From Cyanophora paradoxa CCMP329 (Eukaryota; Plantae; Glaucophyta), in contig QPMI01000518.1 of assembly GCA_004431415.1 (NCBI GenBank), positions 24,796-88,795 on the forward strand: 64,000 nt of DNA. The letters run 5' to 3'. How positions within the stretch are numbered: the first letter of the stretch is position 1; each line of letters opens with the position of its first letter. A program made the position numbers and the translations under genes. Positions 1 to 12,582 of the stretch are shown piece after piece. The notes beneath the pieces are model-generated. The model made no database searches, was not told where the DNA came from, and saw nothing but the letters and a program-made list of their open reading frames with translations.

Positions 1-3000
1 TAGAAGTGGCCGTCGACGTCGCCGACGTCGATAATCTCTCTTCGAATTTCGACATCTCTATGCGCAGCTGGCGTACTCCACGGACGAAGCATACTCGCAG
101 TCGCTGTACTTCTCGTCGTCCACAAGCATGACGGTCGAGTTGTGGGCGAGGTTGCCGCGGATGACCTATCTCGACAGCGGGAATAACGAGCACTACGAGC
201 GATTGGTCGAGGTCATGCGCTCCAACCAGCAAGACCTGCGGATCGTTGGTGCGCTCAGGCCTGCAAATGCATGCATGCGCATGTTCAAATGCAAGTTCCG
301 CCTTGTACAGTTCGGAAGGCATCAGCCGTCGAAGGATCCCAGGTGTTTGGATCGTTGGTCGTCCCTGTGTTTTCGAACGGCCACTGGTATGATTTCTACT
401 TCCCGCAACTGGACGGAAATGCCGCCGAGTACTGGACGCACTACGCCATCATTTTCCGCCTCGATTGGGACTCGCCGAACAGCAACCCCGCGCGGATCTC
501 TGTCGCCGTGAACGGCACGACGTTCGCTTCGGAGCGCGTCGCGTTCAATGCTCCGATATTGCAATTCCTCATCACATCTTTGCTATGGCAATTTGAGAGC
601 ACGACAGCTCCCTTCAGCCTCCGCCGCAATGTGAGCGCCGGCCCGCGGTCGCTGGGCCGATCGCAAAGAATCCGAAGTCGAGCTCGCTGACCTCGAGTTC
701 GCTTCCGCGGCAGTTCCGTGTGTGGAACCGAGCGCTGAGCGCAAGCGAAGTTCAGAATCTCGGCAAGCGCCGCATCTGGGGAGGCGTGGACGACTACGCC
801 ACCACTTTCCCCAATCTCAAGATCAACAGTGCGCGTGGGTTAAAGCCCAATAAACGCATATCGAAACGCTTGTACCGTAGTATCTCTAGGCTTGCATCGA
901 TATCTTTATATGTGCACAGCTAAAGGAGTAGTACTTAGAGATGCCTCGCAGTCCCGTTCGACTTCGGCGCTCCCGGGACGGAGTTCAACGCGTCGACGCC
1001 CCTCGTCAACGACGTCGACTGCACGCCCGTCTCAGTATCCCAGCAAACCGGCGCCGTCCACTGGCAGCAATCGGACTCGGGCTTCTGCAGCACCTTTCTA
1101 GGCGGCGTTCCCCCGGCGGGCGCCACGGCCTGCAGCTGCGCAAAGTGCCTCTCCACGCCGGCGCCGATCGCGAGCTCGAGCCCGAGGCAGATGCCGTGCA
1201 GTGAAATCCTCGTCAACGCGAGCGGGACGGTAACATGCATATTGTGCATATTGCTCCGAACAAAAAGCTAATTCGTGCCGAATCGATATCTTTCTTTAGT
1301 TGAGCTTGCTCGTGGAAACGGATGAGCTATACTCGCGCACGTTCTTCGCATCCGCGGGCCAGAACATGACACTGGAGCTTTGGGCGAGGGTGCCCCGCGC
1401 AGCCGAGCTCACTCAACCTGGCGACACGATCGAGCTGATATCGGCTTCCCACTTTGGAAGCGATTATTTCCAAGTGAATACGCAGAAAATCAGCCTCTAC
1501 GGTGCCCCGGCCCGGCATAATATGGCGCCGCTGTCAGGCAGATTCTGACCGCGAGCGCAGTGAGGAACCCAGACCCTTCTCGGCGCAACCTCCTTCTCTA
1601 TGTAAGAATGTTCAGGGACTATCATGAGGTCCAGCTTCAGCGTCCCTTCACGGTGGACGACGCGCTCGGCTGGACGCACTACGCCGTGGTCTACTCCGTG
1701 GATCCAGCGAACCCAAACAACCCGCGCGTCTCCGTCGTCATCAACGGCTCGCTCGCGGAGGAGTACACAATAGCGGGCTCCGCCGAGAATCCCATTCCAG
1801 GGCCCAACACAGCGCCCGCCCTCACATGGTTCCTTGAAAGCTCGAGCTCGAAAGCGCCTTACAACGTCCGCCGCGACGTGAGTGCAGGCCGCACGCGGTG
1901 TCGTGATTTGATTTGACTTCACCCACGCTAATATCACGCCTAGGTCCGCGTCTGGGGGCGGGCGTTGAGCGTGAGTGAGATCAACGCCAACCGATACTTC
2001 CGCATCCGGGGCGCCGCTCAGCAATACGACAACTTCCCTGACCTTAAGATAAATGGTGCGCGGCTCGCGTATTTGCACAGTATACGCATATAGATATGTT
2101 TAAGTATCTGTGCTTTTGAAGAATTGTGCTTTGAATTTGCATAGATATGAAGAAATGTTAATCCGTTCTCCCTTCAATTTTGCAGTTCCGCTCGACTTCG
2201 GCGTGCCGGGGACGACTTTTACAGATTCCTCGCCCATCAAAGGCATCGTTAACGACGTTGACTGCAAGCCACTGTCTGTAGGCCAAATTGGCACCGTCAG
2301 CTGGCAGCAGTCAGACCCTGCCTTCTGCAGCCTCTTCCAGGGTGGCGTCCCCGATCCAGAATCTCAATTCTACAACCCCTGCCGCTGCAGTGAGCAGCAA
2401 TGCTTCTTAGCTCTCGATAGCAGCTTCGGCACCGGCTCGGGCGGTGGGGAACCTACTTCATTGCCCACTTGTAGCGAGCTGCAGCCTGATGACGTGACCT
2501 TGGGGGAGCAATCGCGCGCCGGCTCAGTGGTCAGCTCGCCCATCGCGATACAGGCATCGCAGCTAACGCTGGCAATAGTCGGAATTTAACCTCTAAAAGC
2601 TTTTTCGCAATTCATACTTTTCGCCTTCGAAATTTCGCATTTGACTGCGAGCTCGAATGATTTCAGGTAAATCTCATCATCCCGATGGAGGAGCAGAAGG
2701 CGCGCTCGCTCTTCGCTTCTGCGAGCCAAAACATGACTGTGGAGCTCTGGGCGAAAATTGAACGCCCTCGTTTGGGCTCCGGGCTGATGTTGGTCGAGGC
2801 ATCTTCATCCGATCCATCTACCCTATACTCTTCCCAACTGTATGTGTCCGGTGCTTGCGCCTTCATTTGCATCGATATCCTCGATTGCAATTGTCTACAT
2901 TTTTTCGCACCACGAACCCCGCCGGATATCCTTCTAACCTCTAGAGTGCGCAGCGGATGCGACCGAATCTGGTGTGCTCACGCTCGGTGTCGGCTTGGCT

Positions 3001-5609
3001 GTGGGGGAAGATTGGTCTCGAGTGAAGACGGTGCCCACGCCGTGGACTCTGCAGGCTGCTGGCCACTGGACCCACTACGCCTTCGTATTCTCGACGGATC
3101 CAGCGAACCCCTTCACCACACACGTCGCCGTAGTCGTGAACGGCACGCTCGTCGCGAGGTTCCCGACAGGCGTCGCCCCGCGGCAACGGGACAGCGTGCC
3201 CGCCCTCCAATGGGGTCTCTATAGCGACATGTCATTGACCGAGTTTTCAAAATACCCTACGGTTGTCCGTCGCGAGGTGAGTCAAATTCGTAATAAGCTG
3301 TATATGTAGGCATGCGCACGACTTAAAGCTGGGCTTCCGAGTTCCGCGCGCGGAATGGATATCTTTTTTGACGTCTCGCGCAGTTCCGCGTTTGGAGCGC
3401 TGCATTGAGTGTTAGCGAAATCCGCTCCACGCTCTACCGTCGTATTCGAATTCGGGCCGGCGCGGACAATCACACCGACTTCCCGTCCTTGAAGATCAAC
3501 GGTGTGTATTCTTAAACCTGCAGCTGATCTATTTCTGGTTTAGTTATGATTTTACAGCTGCAGCTGATTTAGTTCATTTAGATCTGACGCTGTTCTGACC
3601 GCAGTGCCCCTCGACTTCGGCACGCCTGGGACGGCCGTCAACGATTCTACGGTTCTAGTCAACGATGTAGATTGCACGCGCATACAGGTGGCCCAGGGAT
3701 GGGATCCCTCAGGCTTTGGAGACATGGTGCCCAGCCGTGGCCGCTGGCTGCAGTCGGACTCTGCCTTCTGTGACGCTTTCCACGGAGGCGTCCCCACCGC
3801 GGGTGTCCCTGAACGCATATGCGCCAGCGTGAACGTTAACGACAATCCTGGCGCCACAAACAACGGCGATCAAGGGCTGAAGTGCCACCCTCCGCCAGAG
3901 GACACGCCTCTGACAACAAAGTACCAGGTGCGCCCTTCGATTGGATATTCGCAGCTCAGCTCAGCTCTGTGCGCTTATCATAGTATTGAACGAGCCCGGG
4001 GGCCGGACAGATAACGTGCCCGCCGAGCCTGACCATCTCGCGGGTGAAGCCCGTCAACGTCACGATCGGTGGCGTTGTGAAGCGCCTCTGCGGCGCACAA
4101 ATGCCCGACCTCCGCTTCCTCATCGCCGGTCCGTGCACACGCATATGGGCCCGGGGGGATCCCCTTGCACACGCAATTACGTTTACGTATATGAACTCTG
4201 TTGACGTCGCGTCGCCTGCAGCTGCGATATGCATATGAGTGCCTGTCGATGGATTCCGATCGCACGCGTGCGCAGGCAACTGGTCGGACTGGCGCGTGAA
4301 CATCACGCAGCATCCGAAGCCCGGCGATTTCCTCCCCGCGCACTCCGAAGTGGCCCCCACGAGCCCCGAGTGGCACGCCGCCGGCTTCGGCACTCCCAGC
4401 CCGGCGGACGGCATCCGCGTCAGCTTCAGCATCGAGAACCCCACTGATGTTGTGCGCGCACAAAACAAGCTAAAGCATCGATAAGCATCGACAAGCTGCC
4501 CGCGCGGGCGGCGCGGCTGCGTCCGCGTCCGTCGCTCCCCCTGACCGCCGCGCCGCGCCGCCGCAGGGCCCTGAGGGGAGCTGCTCATTCGGCCTGTTCG
4601 TTAGAGACGACGGGCCGCCGCTCTGCCCCGACACCTGCCCGCCACGCGTCGATACCGTGCCGGTCGACCCGGCAACGTGCAGCGTCACTTTCCCGGACCT
4701 TCGGCAGCGCCTGGCCCTACCGTCGCCCTCGGCAATGGAGTGCATACCCGCGTTCTCTGCCGGAGCCGGTGACTTTGTGCAGGAGAGCGAGGCGCACACC
4801 GGCAGCAGCGACCCCAGCGTACAGCCCAACGCGCTCTGGGCGATCGACGGCTCCTCACCGTTCGCCAAGGAAGTACGCATCCGCCACATCCTCTTCCCGC
4901 AGGGCCCCGCGTGCCCTGTCCGCGTCTTGGTCAGCGCGTTTAATCTATATTTGCGGCCGCATGCGCAGGGCATTCGGGACTCTGAACTAGTGCGCAGGCA
5001 TATTTTCCGCAGACGGAAGTCTCTTGGATCCCGTCTGTCTCCGGGAGCCCTGATGCTCTCAACTCTTCGGCCGTCGCCGCCCTAGGGCCGAACCCCAACT
5101 ACGGCCTGTGGGCCCGCCAGTTCCATGCAAGGTGCTCCGATCCCCGCGCCGACGCGTGTCCACGTGCACCGTTGCTCACGATGAGCGTTGTCGACGTCGG
5201 TCAGCATCGTTGGCTCGTGCCCGCAGCTGCTGGTGCAGCAGTGCACGCCCCGCGTGCGCGTACAGATGAACCCGAAACTGGGCCTCTCGGGGTCCGACGT
5301 GGACCGCGCCGGCAACTTCACCTTCGCGCCAGGCAAGCGCGCGCACGCGACTTGGATCGAGGGCGGCAGCGTCCGCGGGGCCTTCAGCCGGGAGGTCCCC
5401 GATGCTTACCTCACCGATTACCCCCAGTGCGCCCCCGGCCCAGCACTTCGAATTGAATGGAATTTCGAGGTTCGTGTCGCCTGACTGCGTGCGCAGCATC
5501 GATATCGCGCCCGGGGAGGTCCTACGCACCTACAGCGTCAGCCTTCAATGTGCGCCACCACCGGCCCCCCCGCAAATCCCCCCCCCCCTCCCCTCCCCCC
5601 CCCCCCCCC

Positions 5610-5641
<32 letters not shown>

Positions 5642-5862
5642 TATTAGGCCTCCCCACCGGGATCCTCCCCTCCCCCCCTTTTAATTCCCCTCCCATATAT
5701 ATCGACATCGATATCCCAACCCCAACGCGTTCCTTCTCCCCGCAGGCGCACTCAACAAGGGGGTGCCGGCCCCGGCCAAGTACTCTTTCGTCACCCTCGA
5801 AGCCTTCCGCGTCGAAATCAGAAAGCCTGCCCCCGGCGCCAATTGAAACCCCCACGGCGTAA
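1..5862 (+). CDS. Host multi-exon gene, large probably extracellular protein with three tandem LamG/pentraxin-like (ConA-fold) repeats followed by Cys-containing domains; boundaries approximate
   Basis: Three homologous units (~60-1220, ~1300-2520, ~2670-3930) each carry MT(V/L)ELWA, WTHYA, (V/I)NG(T/S), (F/V)RVW.(R/A)AL.., FP.LKIN, P.DFG.PGT and VNDVDC across exons separated by short GT/GC-AG introns. The RVWxRAL motif resembles LamG-like jelly rolls. Confidence 0.6.
5565..5641. repeat. poly-C tract plus (CA)n microsatellite
   Basis: Directly visible C runs and cacacaca repeats. Confidence 0.85.
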
Positions 5863-6495
5863 GGACGTCGACTCTAGATCTTGAGAAGGCTGCACGCGCA
5901 GTTCATTATAATTATATATTTCTCGATATCGATGCCAAAGTTGCCAGCGGTGCCAACATCGATGTTGTCGATATCGGCCCTGCCCGACTGTTTCTCGTAT
6001 ACACTGTAGTACAGACTACCGAGGCACGTATACGTAGAGCAATTGAATTTTGTGCAAATGCTCGCGTCGGTCTCGAGTCGATTGATTTCTTTCGGTCTAA
6101 TTTTCGTTAGCTAGTAGCGAGTGTAAGTGACATTCCATTATTCACTTTTATCAATATCTAGAGGCCCTTACGGCGGCCATGGCCATATGCATGGCCACTG
6201 CACTAGTATGGCGGATTCCGAGTTTTGGCTTCGCGAAGTGTTCATATTGTCCTGCAAAATTAAACTGCGTGTTTCAGTGGCCTGCGTGCTGTCCCCACCT
6301 TCACCCAGGTCAAGCAGGCGTAGGTCCTCCACGGAAGGAACATCTCATTTACACTGTACATGAGACGGATCATGAGCGCCTATCGCTAGAACAACCGGCG
6401 CACGGCTAATGTAGACGAAAACAACAGATCTAGATCTAGAGCTCGAGGGAACCGCGGGCACGGGCAAAGAGCTCGGGACTGAAGGGAGCTGCCGA

Positions 6496-8262
6496 TCAGG
6501 CACGAGACGTCTCGACTTTTAAGGGCACATACTCGAAGCCGGGGGCGTATCCGTAGGCCGCGCCGCGCCTCGAGCTCGAACTCGAGGTCGGCTCCCGGGG
6601 TGGCCGCGCCCGCGGCTCTGGCCGCGGGGCCGGCGCACGCGACCGCCGGGGTACGCGCTCCTGCGGCGCGTACCCCGGGCCCGGATCGGCGGAGTACACC
6701 TCCTCGTACATCTCCTCGTACCCCCCGAGCTCCTCGAAGGGAGCATCGTCTTCGATGACGAGAGGGCCGGGGGTGGTGGGACGGGGGTACTGTCGGGGGT
6801 CGGCAGAACGGGGGTACGGATCGAAGTAGGCGGGATGGGGATACGAGTCGGGATTGACAGGATGGGGGTACAACGCCGGGACGTCGTGCTCCTCTACGAG
6901 GACGTAGCCCACCGGCGCCGGCTCGTGGGGGTACAGGAGAGGCGCGGCCGCCGGGGAGGGGTACGGCTCGACCCGCACACCGCGACTAGGTACCCCGAAC
7001 CGGCCCCGCGCGCTCCGGACCGGCCCAGGAGCCGTGGTGCGGCCGATCTCCCCGCCGCGCGGGGCCGCGGCGCCCAGCCTCCGGCCCCGGGCGCCGGCTC
7101 CGCCCCTGGGGGCCCCGCCGCAGGCCGCCGGTCCGCCGCGAAGTGTCGCGCGGTCTGCGGCCGCCGCGCCGGGGCCGGCACGGGAGCCGGCGGGGCCGCT
7201 GGGGGGCGGCCCGCCCGGCCCCGGAGGAGGGGCCCCGGGGCGCGGGGGGCCGCCCTCCTCGTCGGGGGCGCTCCTCTCGCGGTTAAGGGCGTCGCTGACC
7301 TGCCGCCGCGCCCGCATCGCCCGCATCGCCCGCAGCGCCACCAGCGCCCCCTGCGACGCCCCCGCCACCTGCTCCGCGCTCAGCTGCCTCTCCCAGTCCT
7401 TCCGCATCAGCTCCTGCCGCAGGCGGAAGCTCTCGCCTGCGCGCCGGCCGCCGCCGGGGGGGCCGACTCGGCTCAGTCCTCGCCTCGGAGGGATGCGTAG
7501 AAACCGAAGGCCGCACCGCACTCGTGGCCGCAGACGAAGGACAGATCCGCTATCTTCGGCTCGGCGTACCTCCGCTGGAAGCACTGCAGAACCTGCGCGC
7601 GCACGGGCGGTCGGTGCGGGGCGGGGCGGGGCGGGGCGGGGCGGGGCGGGGCGGGGCGGGGCGGGGCGGGGCGGGGCGGGGAGGGGCGGGGCGGGGCGTG
7701 GCGCACGTCGCTGTAGCCCCTCACGTGGACGCCGTACAGCTTCCGCAGCAGCTCGATGCCCTGCGGGGCGCCGGTCAGCTGCGGGGCGCGCGCCGCACGG
7801 AGGGGGCGAAGGGGCGAGGGGGCGGACCCCGTAGCACCACGCGCCGACTTTGCGAATGTTCGTGTCCTCGAGGATGGCACTGCGCGGCGTCGGCGGGGGG
7901 CACCGGCGTCACGCCGCGCGCGCGGACCGCAGGTCGGGCGGCACGGCGCCGATCTGCGCCACGAGCCAGAGGACGCAGTGCTCCTCCGTGCCCGTTGCGA
8001 CAACCGCAATCCGCTCGATAGATTGGCCCTGCATCGGCCCTCAGGCGCGCCCGACCGGCGGCGACGAGCTCGGGCGCGCCTCCGGAACGATGTTCCACTG
8101 CACCCGCAGGCCGATCTCTGGCCCGTCAGGCGAGAGGGTCTCCCGGAGGCGCTGCGCCGCATCGAAGCCCTTGCGGTTCAGAGAGGCGACGATGTCGATG
8201 CTTCGTCGCTCGTATTGCGGCGCCGGCACGAGCTGGTTCAGGTTCAAGGGCGCGAGGACCAT
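6496..8262 (-). CDS. Host multi-exon hypothetical protein with Pro/Tyr-rich C-terminus
   Basis: Plausible exons MVLAPLNLNQLVPAP..., GIELLRKLYGVHVRGYSD, VLQCFQRRYAEPKIADLSFVCGHECG and ESFRLRQELMRKDWERQ, with final exon YPHEPAPVGY... ending at 6496; introns are GC-rich. Confidence 0.5.
7617..7697. repeat. (GGGGC)n intronic minisatellite; a shorter copy lies at ~9681-9717
   Basis: Directly visible pentamer tandem. Confidence 0.9.
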
Positions 8263-8653
8263 GTTTGCGAGCGCCGCGCTCCGAGCGCAGCGACGATTTT
8301 GCCTGAGCTGGTGCCGTTGGTTCGTTCGCCGCGCAGGCCCCCGTGCGCGCCGCTGCCCTGCGCCGTGCCGGGCAAAAAGCTGCTGGAGGCACCTCGCTTG
8401 CTATCTGCTCGTCGCGGAGCAAAGCTAGCGAGGCTCAAGCCCCAATCGAGGGCCGAGCTAGCGCGAGCCGGCGTTCCGGGACTTTCTCTTGAGTTTGCTG
8501 TACCCGGAACCAGTTCACCCCCCGGCTAAATTTGATCCGGCGTCCTTGGCCTGCGATCGAGACTCGACGCGTGCGATCGCGATCGCAACTTGATTCGCAA
8601 GCACAAGCACCGATTCGAAAGCGAGATCTAGATCCGGCTATGTAATATGGCGG

Positions 8654-11600
8654 TCATGGGCCAGCGCAGTTAGCTCTGCAGCTGCAGCTCCAGGTGCAGG
8701 TCAGCGGGGCCGGCGGGCCCCACCGTGGCCGCTTGGACCGGGTGCAGACGGCGGCCGCGCGGTGGGAGCGCCGCGGCCAGCGGGGCCGCTGGCGCCGCCG
8801 GGGTGGCAGGGGGCGTGGGCGAGGGCGGTGGGCGGGGCGGGGGCGGCGGGGGGCATCTTGGGGAGGCGGGCCTGGGCGCGGAGGGCGCGGGGCCCGAGCC
8901 GCTCGAGGGCGGTCTTGCCGTGGGGGAAGCGGCGCCAGCGGCGGCGGGGGAGGCCGGCGAGGTCCTCGGCCTCCTCGACGGCCTCCACGCAGGCCCGGCG
9001 CAGGCCCATGCAGAGGGTCTCGTACCCCTCCTCCCACGCCCGCCGCCGCCCCACCGCCGCGCACTCCTCCAGGAAGGTCCCCCGCAGGCCCTCCAGCCGC
9101 TCCAGGAGCTCGTCCACCTGCACGAGGGCGGCGGGCCGGTCCCGCCGCTGCCCGTCAGACTGAGGCTCTCACAAGGCCGCAGACGTCCAGCAAGCCGCGC
9201 GGGGCGCGGGGCGCGGCGCGGACCTTGTCGCCGCGCTCCTCGTCCTCCTCGTCGATCTCCATCTCCGACAGCGCCTCCATCGCCTCGTCCGCCCTGCGCG
9301 CACGCGCGCCCGCCCCGGTCACGGCGCCGCCCCGTTCACGCCAGGGCGGAGATCCGGCTAGGCAAGCTCCAACGATTTAGGGCTGCTTGGAGCCTGCGAT
9401 CAGAGGTGGAGGCTCCGCTCCCACGAGCAGGAAGAGCTCTGGCTTTGTGGGGATCCCAGCTGGAGGGCTCGAGGGTGCGCGGGGGCGGGGCCCCGCCCCC
9501 CGCCCCAGGGCGCCCGGCCCACACGCACGCTTGGAGGGCGTCCTCGCAGATGGAGGCGAGGTCGAGGAGCAGCTTGTGGTACAGCCGCTTCCGCTCCTGC
9601 GCGCCCGCCCCCGCGCTCAGCCCCCGGCCCCGCGCCCACTCCGCGATCTATAGCTAGTATACGTGGATATTCGTCGACGGCGGGGCGGGGCGGGGCGGGG
9701 CGGGGCGGGGCGGGGCGGACGCGGTGGGCGGGGGACTCTCTGTGCTTCCGGATGGCCGCCTGCGCGCGGCGGCGGCACCGGAACAGGCGCGTCAGCGGAG
9801 GGGCGCGCGTGTGCCTAGCGAGGCGCGCGTGGGCGGGAGGGCGGGGCGGGGGCGCGCCGTGCTCCGCGCCGGCTGCTTCTTGCACTCGCAGGCGTCGCAG
9901 GGCGTCTCCCCGTACCCCGCCGCCGCCGCCGCCTCCGCCGCCGCCGTGTACTGCGCGGAGGTGAGGGGGCCGGCGGCGGCGCCCCTTCGAGGCGGCCCGG
10001 CCCCGGGGGCGCCGCACGACGCACGACGGCGATGGCTAGCTCCGAGTCGTTGATGCTCGTGCGGGCGAACTCCTGCAGGACCTGCCGGGGGAGGGCGCTC
10101 AGCGGCGCGGGTGCGGCGGCTGGGCGAGACGGCGGCGGGCGCCTCAAGCCCGTCTCGCCGAGCTCCTCAGGCTAAAGCAAAACAGCCCAAGAACGCCTTA
10201 AAACTACCCGCAAAACAAAACAACCAAAAAAGCCTTGAAAACTGCCCTCATCGTATGCATCTCTCATGGCTAATTGCAGGCAGCTGTTCTGCATCGCGGG
10301 CACCTCGTCGGAGGGGAAGCCCCTGAACGGCTCCTCCTCGTCGTTCTCCTCCAGCTCGGGCGGGGGCGGCGCCGCCCCGTACCCCGCCTGGCCCCGCGGC
10401 CCCGGCTGCGCGCGCCCCGCCACGATCCCATCAGGCCGCGCGCGCCCTATCGAGGGGCGGGGCCGACCTGCGGGCCGAGGGGGCGGGCGGGGCCGGCCGG
10501 GGCGCGCCCGACCGGCCCGGGCCCGTCTCCATCCCACTCGTCACTCGGGACCTGAGCGGAGGCGATCGCGGGGCGCGAGTCAGACCGAGTCAGAGGGCCG
10601 AGGCGGCTCGCTGTCTCGAAGGCGGCGAGGCGGGGGACGGATCTCGCCCCATCAAGGCGGAATGGAGGGCGCACGGCGACGGCGCTGATGCCGTAGCGGT
10701 CGTCCCGCGTGGCCGCCTCCATCCCCGCCAGCCGCTCCGCCTCCTCCATCTCCTGCCCGCGCCTCGACGCCAGGCAGGCCCGATCGCGAGGCGCGGGGCC
10801 GGGCGGGGCGGGCGGGGCAGGACCTTCATCCAGTCCGGCTGCTTCGTCATGAGGGCGTGCACCAGCTGCGGGGCAAGGTTGTGAGGGGCGGCGGCCAGAG
10901 CGGGTAGACATAGATGCAGGCGGGGCGGCAGAGCCGCAGGCGAGCCCGCGCTCGAGGCGGGCGGGCGCGGGCGCGGGCGCGGGGCGGGAGGGAGGCGCGG
11001 ACCATGTCCCACTGGCGCTGGGCGGCGAAGCCCTGGGCGGCGGCCGCCATCTCCTGCCGGTCCCCCAGGAGCTTCTCCCCGTGCTGCCCGCGAGGTGAGC
11101 CGCGCCGGGCGGGGCGCCGCATGGCCGACTTGATCGTGGCTCCCGATCTTAAGATCTAGAATTCATCGGGTCCCGGCCGCGCCACGGTCCAGCGCGCCCG
11201 CGGGCGCGGACGCGGGCGATCTAGAGGCGCACTGGGGACGACGCTCAGCACGCGGGGGCGGGGCACCTTGGCGAGGGCGCGCCAGTTCTGCGGCCGGGCG
11301 CCGCTGGGCGGATTCGCCATCTCGCCCAGGCGCTCCACCTGCAGGCTTATGCTGCGCCGATCGCGAACGCAAACGCACAGTGAGCCGCAGGCGCGGCGAG
11401 ACGGCAGCTCGAGGGGCGCGGGGCGCGCCGCTGGAGCATCTCCTCGGGCTTGGTGCAGAGGAGGCGGAAGTACATGTCCCGCGCGTCCACGTTTTGCTGC
11501 GCCGGAAGTCGGCCGGGAGCGGGGAGAACGGTGCCGCCGACCCGAAGGGGCGCCGCACCGCGTGCTTCTCGGAGGCGTTGTGCTTGGCGACGGCCGCGGC

Positions 11601-12546
11601 GCTCCTCGGCTGCTCTTCCGGGGGGCAGAAGCTGCAGAACTTGAGCGGCCGCATCGCCTCCCCGGCGAGCTGCCGGCGGCGAGCGTCGCGGTCACGGGCT
11701 CATGATCATGATCAGGCTCTGAATCTAGGTCTAGACCGCCTTATTTAAGAGAGGGACGGACCGCGAGGCGGCAGAGCTCGGAGCGCCCGATGCGCTCCTG
11801 GAAGCCGCGCAGCGCCTCGCGCATCATCTCCTCCCCGCCGCCGCCGTCCACGATCTCCTGCACTTCCCTCATCGACGCCTGTGCGGCGCGGCCGATCGGC
11901 CGCCGGGCGTCAGCATGCGGCCAAGCCCCGGCGTGGTCGCTCTGGAGCGCCGAAGACGTCGACGCGCCTCAATGTCCTCCATCGAGTTGATGCCGTTGGG
12001 CATCAGCTCGCTCGACGCCAGCTGCGGCGAGCGGCGCCGTCGGCGGCTCAGCGGCCGGGGTTGGGGGCGGCGAGGGGCGGGAGCCGCGCCGCTCACCGGG
12101 ATGCCGACGCCGAGCTTCGCGTACATAGCTGCGCGGGGACGCCGGGTTAGAGTCGCGGAGTTCGTCCCGGCCGCCCAGAAGGCGGGGGGGCACCCTTGCG
12201 CTCGTCGAGGTCCATGTGGCGCTCGCGGCGCGCCAGCTCCTCCCGCACCTTCGCCTCCAGGCGCCGCCCCGCGATCAGCTCGCCCGCCTGCGCACGTGCG
12301 CGCACGCGCGGGGTCGGCGTGAGCGCCAGCACTGAATTTCCAAGAATTTCGGACTCGCCCGCCGCGGGTCATCTTCGAGGGCGAGGGCGTCGACGACGGC
12401 GGCGATGTCCCCCGCGTCCGCGGCCGCGCACGCAGCCTGCCGGAACGGGCGCTTTCGAGTTCGCGACGGCGGCAAATGTATCTAGCTTCAAAGCTTCGCG
12501 CACCTTTGCCACGAAGTACGCGCGGTCCTTGCGCAATCTTCCAGTG

Positions 12547-12582
<36 letters not shown>

